The notes under the pieces were generated by a model. It was given only the letters and a program-made list of their open reading frames with translations, searched no databases and had not been told where the DNA came from. Position numbers and translations under genes: made by a program. A DNA stretch of 64,000 nucleotides from an uncultured Pseudomonadota bacterium (GTDB taxonomy: Bacteria > Myxococcota_A > UBA796 > SXON01), in the NCBI GenBank assembly GCA_903875225.1, contig CAIQVJ010000041.1, positions 18,113-82,112 of the forward strand. Direction: 5' to 3'. Positions 56,093 to 64,000 of the stretch are shown piece by piece (positions within the stretch are counted from its first letter, which is position 1; every line of letters starts with the position of its first letter).

Positions 56093-56438
56093 CCGGATCA
56101 GCCCTCGCCGCGTCCGAGGCCGCGCCAGCGACCTCGGGGGGAGCGTTGGGTGTGATCCGGGTCGAGGAGCTCCGACTGGCTGCCCGCACGGCTGCGCGCG
56201 TCAGCTGAGCGCGGGCCAGCTCTTCGGCGAGCCCCTCGAGCGGGACGTCGAACAGATCGCCGAACACATCGATCTCGACTTCGGATCTGCCGCTGGAGCT
56301 GCGCGCCCCGAATCGGGCGTTCGCCGACGGCCGCTCGTAGCCCTCGCGGCTGCTCCAGATGAGGATCAGGTCACCCTCGGCGGGGAGCTCCAGCCTGGCG
56401 TCGAATGGAGTGGCACAAGAGGAACCTGGAGTTGGCAT
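56073..56438 (-). CDS. Upstream ORF; probably the displaced N-terminal part of the PAS-GGDEF-EAL gene (different frame, 20-nt overlap)
   Basis: GC3 is about 85% after the first ~10 codons. ATG at 56438 lies behind a sigma-54-type promoter. It ends at 56073, overlapping the start of the downstream ORF out of frame. Confidence 0.55.
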   Translation of the reverse strand: MPTPGSSCATPFDARLELPAEGDLILIWSSREGYERPSANARFGARSSSGRSEVEIDVFGDLFDVPLEGLAEELARAQLTRAAVRAASRSSSTRITPNAPPEVAGAASDAARADPGAFGTL

Positions 56439-56494
56439 GGCTGTACACCCTTACGCAATCAACCTGATGAAGTTCTGCTACTGCTGCAAACACC

Positions 56495-56510
56495 TGCAAC
56501 TCTCGTTCCA
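56495..56510 (-). promoter_or_regulatory. Sigma-54 (-24/-12) promoter
   Basis: The minus strand reads TGGAACGAGAGTTGCA against the consensus TGGCACG-N4-TTGCW, with correct GG/GC spacing and one mismatch. It lies about 57 nt upstream of the ATG at 56438. Confidence 0.55.
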
Positions 56511-56572
56511 AAGAGACGGGGCACGGCGCACCCGACCCGGGCCGCGATCCCCGGGACCGATGGAAGCCGCGG

Positions 56573-56981
56573 GTGCCGCGGGGGACACTGGCCACCTCGC
56601 TCACGCTCAAGTCCGAGACCCCGCTCGAGGACGGTGTCCTGCTCCGAAAGTACCGGACCGGGTCTCCCTCGACCGACCTCTGGGTGCTCGTGATCGACCT
56701 GCACCCGGGTCGGCCCCGGTGCGGCGATGGCACGTCTGACGAGGGAGAGGCCTGACTGCGACGGCCAGGTCGACGAGCAGCCGGCGGACACGGCCTCTGG
56801 AGACACTGCGGCCGAGGACTCCACCGTGCAGGACTCCACGCCCGGTGCGCCCGACGCCCGGGTGGACCGCACCGAGGTCGGAGACTGTGGGTGCTCCTCG
56901 GGACGCGCAGGAGGCGGGCTTCTGGCGGCCGTGGCGCTCGCGCTCGGACGGCTGCGCCGTCGCGCCGTCCGGGCGCGCTGA
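56573..56981 (+). pseudogene. Gene remnant ending in a MYXO-CTERM-like sorting tail (two coding frames, no signal peptide)
   Basis: Frame 2 (56573-56755) and frame 3 (56727-56981) both show more than 80% GC3. The tail DCGCSSGRAGGGLLAAVALALGRLRRRAVRAR has a Cys motif, a hydrophobic helix and an Arg cluster. Confidence 0.45.
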
Positions 56982-57003
56982 GCGCCGCCCGAGCGCCCGG
57001 CGG

Positions 57004-58770
57004 CTACTCCTGGAGGGTGCGGGCGGTCGTCTGCACCCGCATCTCGCCGAAGTCCACGGCGCCGGCCATCAGCCAGTCGTCATAGGCGCCGTCCTCGGTC
57101 TGGACTGCGGTGACCTCGACCGTGGCCTCTGCCTTCCCGAACTCGGTGAAGCCGTTGGGGAGGGTCCCCGACCAGGCGCCGCTCGGCAGGTACAGGTCGT
57201 GGATGTTGTGATGCGTGTCGGCGAACCGCACGCGGACGATCGCGGCATCGGTGTCGGTGGTGGCTCCGAAGCTGCTGGTGGAGGGGTCCCAGAGGTCGAT
57301 CGACGCGACGTCCTGGAGCTCCGGCAGGGTGACCGAGCCGTCCGATGCGACGCCGCCGAAGCTCGCCGAGGTGGCGCCGCCCGAGCCGACGCCCCCGACC
57401 TCGGCATAGGCCATCACGCCGCTGCCCACCGAGTCGACCACGGATCCGGTCGGGACCGTGGAGATCATCGCGGTGGTGGTGCCGGAGGTGATGCCGGTGA
57501 CCATCCAGCCGTCGTCCGCGTTCTCGTCAGCGGCGAACACCAGCATCGACTCGTCGCCGCGAAACCCGAGGCTCAATGCGGGGAGTCCAACGGAGGTGAA
57601 GCTGGAGAAGGGGATTGCCGGAGCGAGGTCGAGCTCGGTCTGGGTGTCGGAGACCGCGGAGGCGCCCGTGCTCTCCCCCCAGGTCATCGTGGGCATGTGG
57701 GTGACCAGGAGGTTCAGCGCATCCGCTGCGCTGCCGGTGCTGGCGGAGACGTCCGAGAACTTCAGCGGCCCTGAGAACCCCCAGCAGCCCGCCGCGCCCG
57801 GCCAGGTGTTCGCGTAGTAGTCGTCCGCGCTGCCCTCGACGATCAGGTTCGAGGGGAGGCCGACGGTCACGCCGAACACGGTCACGTCGCGGTCGGCGGC
57901 GAACAGGTCGTCGGTGTTGAGCAGCGCCAGCGGGTAGGCCATGCTCGGCGCGACGAGGCCGACGGTGACCTCGTCCCAGGCGGCGTCTGCGACGCCGGTG
58001 AAGTCCACGTTCCCGTGCAGCGTGGCGTCTGCGCCGCCAGAGTCGAGCGGGTCGAGGTACACCGTGACGTTGCGTGCAGTCACGTTCGCGTACGTGACGA
58101 TCGACATGGAGCTGTCGGTGTACACGGTCACGGTGGCGGGGGCGCCGTCGGTCACCAGCGCGGAGGCGAGTCCGGTGCTGTCCGACCGCACGGTGCCGAG
58201 ATCGGTCTTGACCTTGGCCTGATCGATCGGCAGGCCCGTCGAGGCGTCGAAGACGTACACGCTCATGATGTCGTCGTCGCGCACCTCGACGTTCACGAGC
58301 GTGTCGAGCCCGCCGAGGCTCGCATGCAGCGTGGTCGTTCCGACTGCGACGCCGATGACCGCGCCGCTCGCGTCGACGGTGGCGATGGTGTCGTCGTCGG
58401 AGATCCAGCTCACTCCCGTCGCATCACCGCGGGATCCGTCGCTCTGGGTCGCGACGGCGCGCTCGGTCCAGGTGGCGCCCACGTCGACGACGATCGCCGC
58501 CGGGTACACGTCGAGCGCGAGCAGGGTGGGCTCCACCGCGGTGTCGCCTGTCTCGCCGGTGTCGGCCGTCTCGATGTTCGAGTCCCCGGTCTCGACGGTG
58601 GAGTCCCCGGTCTCGACGGAGTCCTGGGTGTCGACCGTGGAGTCGCCCGTGTCGCCGGTGTCGTGGTAGACGTAGCCGGTGTCGGTGTCGCCCGTCTCCT
58701 GGGTGTACTTGCTGGAGCAGCCGAAGAGCGCGACGGGCAGGGTGAGAGCGAGGAGCAGGGTGGACTTCAT
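57004..58770 (-). CDS. Lipoprotein with a Thr/Asp/Gly repeat tether and a bacterial Ig-like (Big_2-type) domain
   Basis: MKSTLLLALTLPVALFGC lipobox. GVSWISDDDTIATVDASGAVIGVAVGTTTLHASLGG is a typical Big_2 signature. The product is 588 aa. Confidence 0.8.
   Translation of the reverse strand: MKSTLLLALTLPVALFGCSSKYTQETGDTDTGYVYHDTGDTGDSTVDTQDSVETGDSTVETGDSNIETADTGETGDTAVEPTLLALDVYPAAIVVDVGATWTERAVATQSDGSRGDATGVSWISDDDTIATVDASGAVIGVAVGTTTLHASLGGLDTLVNVEVRDDDIMSVYVFDASTGLPIDQAKVKTDLGTVRSDSTGLASALVTDGAPATVTVYTDSSMSIVTYANVTARNVTVYLDPLDSGGADATLHGNVDFTGVADAAWDEVTVGLVAPSMAYPLALLNTDDLFAADRDVTVFGVTVGLPSNLIVEGSADDYYANTWPGAAGCWGFSGPLKFSDVSASTGSAADALNLLVTHMPTMTWGESTGASAVSDTQTELDLAPAIPFSSFTSVGLPALSLGFRGDESMLVFAADENADDGWMVTGITSGTTTAMISTVPTGSVVDSVGSGVMAYAEVGGVGSGGATSASFGGVASDGSVTLPELQDVASIDLWDPSTSSFGATTDTDAAIVRVRFADTHHNIHDLYLPSGAWSGTLPNGFTEFGKAEATVEVTAVQTEDGAYDDWLMAGAVDFGEMRVQTTARTLQE
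58539..58700 (-). repeat. Coding tandem repeats encoding (ETGDST/DTGDTG)n, including a 21-nt direct duplication
   Basis: GAGTCCCCGGTCTCGACGGTG at 58580-58600 is followed by GAGTCCCCGGTCTCGACGGAG at 58601-58621. The flanking sequence has GTGTCGCC(C/G)GT periodicity. Confidence 0.8.
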
Positions 58771-58791
58771 GGTCAGATCTCGGGGTGCGAG

Positions 58792-59196
58792 TCAGGGAAC
58801 CCGGAACCGGGCGAAGAACGGGGCGACTACCTCGCCGGAGAGGGATGTGCATCCCAGATCGGTCTCCGAGGTCGCGCCACGCACGGTGAGCGCGTAATCG
58901 TAGCCGTGATGCAGCGGAATGTCGTGCTCTAATTGGATCTTCTCGTCCACCGAGCTGAACGTCGAGGTGGTCTCCACCGTGAACAACACGGCGTCGTTTT
59001 CATCGATGGCGTCGAGTCGCACCTGGCCCGAGCCGCAGTTCTCCTCGCTGGCCGCCTCGGAGAAGCGCACCTCGGGGATGGCCGCCTCGATCACGTCCTG
59101 CTCGCCGTCTTCGGGGGAGGAGCCGACGACGTGGAACCCGAGGCCGGTGTCGAGCACGGGGTCGATGGCGCAGGCGAGGAGGAGGGGGATCACCAC
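58792..59196 (-). CDS. Small lipoprotein with an SbsA-type Ig-like domain
   Basis: The short signal MVIPLLLAC uses a GTG start that overlaps the upstream stop by 7 nt. VVGSSPEDGEQDVIEAAIPEVRFSEA resembles the N-terminus of Big_5/SbsA_Ig domains. Confidence 0.6.
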   Translation of the reverse strand: MVIPLLLACAIDPVLDTGLGFHVVGSSPEDGEQDVIEAAIPEVRFSEAASEENCGSGQVRLDAIDENDAVLFTVETTSTFSSVDEKIQLEHDIPLHHGYDYALTVRGATSETDLGCTSLSGEVVAPFFARFRVP

Positions 59197-59588
59197 GTCT
59201 CCCCCGTGAACCGCGTGCCCAGCACCCAGCTTGCCTCGTCCGCGGTCGTGGTCGTGCCCTCTGCGACGCAGTCGTCCGCCCTGTCGTCCTGCTCGACCTC
59301 GGCCCAGGGGGTGGCCTCGTCCAGGTCGATGGGTCCGGCACCGCCGATCACCTCGCCGGTGTCGGTGATGAAGGCGAGCGTGATCGTCGCAGTGTGATCG
59401 GTGTGCAGGCCGGCGAACAGGACGCGGCCGTTGCCTGCGCCCTCCGAGAGCTCACCGCTGCCCTCGACGCACATGTGGATGGTCTCGGCCTCCGCCGGCA
59501 CAGCGCCGATCACGTCGATCTCGAGATCGACGGGGCGGTAGGCGACGGAGCCGCAGCCGAGGAGCACGGCGAGCGGGATCAGCGACAC
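59190..59588 (-). CDS. Small lipoprotein, function unknown
   Basis: The GTG start gives MSLIPLAVLLGC with a lipobox. The 132-aa ORF has high GC3. Confidence 0.65.
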   Translation of the reverse strand: MSLIPLAVLLGCGSVAYRPVDLEIDVIGAVPAEAETIHMCVEGSGELSEGAGNGRVLFAGLHTDHTATITLAFITDTGEVIGGAGPIDLDEATPWAEVEQDDRADDCVAEGTTTTADEASWVLGTRFTGETW

Positions 59589-59592
59589 CGGG

Positions 59593-60219
59593 TCAGCCGC
59601 CCGTGTCCCAGTTGTAGTCGGAGAGCGTCCACTGCTCGTACCCGGTGGTGGTCATCCACGCGGCCCCGTAGCGGGTGACGAACCAGTAGTCGCCGGCGAA
59701 CTTCGGCCCGACGTTGTCGTCGCCATCGCCGTCGTCGATGCGGATGTGCGCACAACCGGTCCAGTCGAGCCCGCCCCAGAGCACCGGGCAATCCTCGGGG
59801 CCGAAGAACGTGCTGGTGTACGTGGTGCCGCCGGTCTCCGTCGTCACGCTGGTGTCCGAGTGCATGTACGCGTCGGACACGTTGATCGGGGGGTCGAAGA
59901 CGGTGAAGTCCGCGGTGCCGTCGGCCCAGGCCTCGATCTGGATGGGCGACTGCGACTGGGTGGACCACTTGACGGCGTACAGCAGGGTGCCGTCCTCCAT
60001 CGCGTACTCGAAGGTCGCGATCTCACGCCCGTCCACGTTCTCGGTGGGCTCGACCTTGTGCACCAGCAGGTGCCAGGGCACGCCCGCGGTGTCTGCATTG
60101 ACGTACGTGGCGTCGCGGCTGCCATCGAACGGAAAGTACTCGATCATCGACGTTCCCTTGAACGTCGCGCCCCCGCCGTCGCAGGCCAGGAGGGAGAGGA
60201 GGAGGGTCGCAGTGAACAT
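59593..60219 (-). CDS. Lipoprotein, function unknown
   Basis: ATG at 60219 gives MFTATLLLSLLAC with a lipobox. The 208-aa product is rich in aromatic residues and Asp. Confidence 0.7.
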   Translation of the reverse strand: MFTATLLLSLLACDGGGATFKGTSMIEYFPFDGSRDATYVNADTAGVPWHLLVHKVEPTENVDGREIATFEYAMEDGTLLYAVKWSTQSQSPIQIEAWADGTADFTVFDPPINVSDAYMHSDTSVTTETGGTTYTSTFFGPEDCPVLWGGLDWTGCAHIRIDDGDGDDNVGPKFAGDYWFVTRYGAAWMTTTGYEQWTLSDYNWDTGG

Positions 60220-60397
60220 GGGCACCTTGCAGATCCGTAAGGGATACCACCGGATCGGGGTCGCTGGCAAGCCCGGAGCCTGCTTCGCGGGGCGCGGGGG
60301 GCCCGCCGGCGATCCCTTCGGGCAGGCGGCTCCTCGCCCGGCGCGGGGGACGGCGGCGTTCCCTCGGTGTTAGCGCCACGTCCGAACAGGATCGACC

Positions 60398-61723
60398 GTG
60401 CCCACCGTCTACATCAAGACCTTCGGCTGCCAGATGAACGACTACGACAGCGGCAAGATGCGCGCGCAGCTTGCAGCCGACGGGTTCACGCCGGCCGAGG
60501 AGCCCGAAGACGCAGACCTGGTGATCGTGAACACCTGCTCCATCCGGGAAAAGCCGGAGCAGAAGCTGCACAGCTTCCTCGGGACCGTGCTGCCGCAGAA
60601 AAAGGTGCGCCCGGTGACGGTCGCGATCGCGGGGTGCGTCGCGCAGATGGCGGGCAAGGAGCTGTATGCGAAATATCCGAAGGTGGACCTTGTGTTCGGC
60701 CCGGATGCGGTGCACCGCGTGCGCGAGATGGTCGCCGAGTCGAAGGTGCGGCGGGTGCTCGACGTGGACTTCTTCGGCGAGGACACCTACCCCTTCCCCA
60801 CAGACGTGGATCCGCGGTCCGATGGAGTGGCCGGCTTCGTCACGATCCAGAAGGGGTGCGACAACAAGTGCACCTTCTGCATCGTGCCGAGCACCCGCGG
60901 CATCGAGGTGAGTCGTCCCGCGGGCGAGGTCGTGGACGAGGTGCGGGCGCTCGTGGATCGTGGGGTGACCGAGGTGACCCTCATCGGGCAGAACGTGAAC
61001 TCCTACGGGCTCAAGGCAACCTCTGCGGGCAACCCCCAGCCGACGTTCGCCGAGCTGCTGCGGAGCGTCCACGAGGTGCCTGGGCTGGAGATCCTGCGCT
61101 ACACGACCTCGCACCCGCGCGACGTGGGTGACGATCTGGTGGCCTGCTACCGCGACCTGCCGAAACTGGCCGACCACCTGCATCTCCCGGTGCAGTCCGG
61201 CTCGAACCGCGTGTTGCGCCGCATGAAGCGGTTCTACACCCGCGAGGTCTACCTCGACGTCGTGTCCCGCCTGCGCGCCGCCCGCCCCTCCCTGGTGCTC
61301 ACCACCGACGTGATCTCGGGCTTCCCGGGCGAGACCGACGCCGACTTCGACGAGACGCTCACCCTGCTCGAGACCGTGCGTTTCCAGGGTTCGTTCAGCT
61401 TCATCTTCTCGCCGCGCCCGGGCACTCCGGCGCTCCGGCTCCTGGAGGAGGTGGTGCCGCACGGGGTCGCGAGCGAGCGCCTGCAGCGGTTCCAGGCCAT
61501 TCAGCGAAAAATCCAGGTCGAAGAGCACAAGAAGCTCGTGGGGGAGACGCTGCGGGTGCTCGTGGACGGGCCGTCCGCCCACGACGAGGGCGTGATGTGC
61601 GGCCGCACCTCGTCGTTCAAGACGGTGAACTTCCCGGCCCTGGACGGCGTAGCGCGTGGGTCCTGGGTGAACGTCGTGGTCGGGGCCGCGTACGCGAACA
61701 CGCTGCGGGGCACGCTCGCCTGA
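60398..61723 (+). CDS. miaB: tRNA-2-methylthio-N6-dimethylallyladenosine synthase
   Basis: UPF0004 Cys residues (TFGCQMN, VNTCSIRE), radical SAM cluster CDNKCTFC, and a TRAM-like C-terminus. GTG start. Confidence 0.92.
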   Translation: MPTVYIKTFGCQMNDYDSGKMRAQLAADGFTPAEEPEDADLVIVNTCSIREKPEQKLHSFLGTVLPQKKVRPVTVAIAGCVAQMAGKELYAKYPKVDLVFGPDAVHRVREMVAESKVRRVLDVDFFGEDTYPFPTDVDPRSDGVAGFVTIQKGCDNKCTFCIVPSTRGIEVSRPAGEVVDEVRALVDRGVTEVTLIGQNVNSYGLKATSAGNPQPTFAELLRSVHEVPGLEILRYTTSHPRDVGDDLVACYRDLPKLADHLHLPVQSGSNRVLRRMKRFYTREVYLDVVSRLRAARPSLVLTTDVISGFPGETDADFDETLTLLETVRFQGSFSFIFSPRPGTPALRLLEEVVPHGVASERLQRFQAIQRKIQVEEHKKLVGETLRVLVDGPSAHDEGVMCGRTSSFKTVNFPALDGVARGSWVNVVVGAAYANTLRGTLA

Positions 61724-61728
61724 CGAAC

Positions 61729-61742
61729 GGGCCTCGAGGCCC
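61729..61742. terminator. Perfect 14-bp GC-rich palindrome between convergent miaB and purA (candidate bidirectional terminator)
   Basis: GGGCCTCGAGGCCC folds as a 5-bp stem with a 4-nt loop. It occupies most of the 24-nt gap between the two stops. Confidence 0.35.
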
Positions 61743-61747
61743 CGGGA

Positions 61748-64000
<2,253 letters not shown>

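Noticed and set aside
60265-60280. A sigma-54-like element TGGCAAGCCCGGAGCC upstream of miaB.
   Set aside because: The GG/GC spacing is correct, but the -12 region reads GAGC instead of TTGC. miaB is also an unlikely sigma-54 target. The element is much weaker than the site at 56495-56510.

Overview
The window is a high-GC (roughly 70%) chromosomal segment. Several features point to Myxococcota: a MYXO-CTERM-like tail, an AgmX/PglI-type zinc-ribbon protein, a TIGR02147-type regulator, and many lipobox proteins with acidic Asp-Thr/Ser tethers. About 49 protein-coding genes are supported and they are tightly packed, many with 1-7 nt start/stop overlaps. I found no rRNA, tRNA, CRISPR array, transposase or integrase. 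Recognisable housekeeping genes are clpB, ask, pssA, mdh, typA/bipA, a phosphohexomutase, dinB, miaB and purA. The rest is mostly envelope and lipoprotein genes, one two-component system, and one PAS-GGDEF-EAL gene. The most unusual items are these. (1) A 1676-aa covalent tandem of two UvrA-like units with four ABC modules, both lacking the insertion domain, preceded by a LexA-box-like motif that recurs at the dinB start. (2) A ZZ-type zinc-finger/histone-fold fusion, i.e. a bacterial histone. (3) An in-frame TAG that splits an otherwise intact typA. (4) A PAS-GGDEF-EAL gene that looks frameshifted, behind a near-consensus sigma-54 promoter. (5) An orphan MYXO-CTERM tail fragment. (6) A four-gene envelope-modification cluster that includes an SGNH hydrolase fused to a solute-binding-protein domain. 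(7) A carbamoyltransferase plus B12-radical-SAM operon. (8) Hexanucleotide-periodic Asp-rich repeats in lipoprotein tethers. All functional calls rest on motifs read by eye from the translations; no database search was possible.
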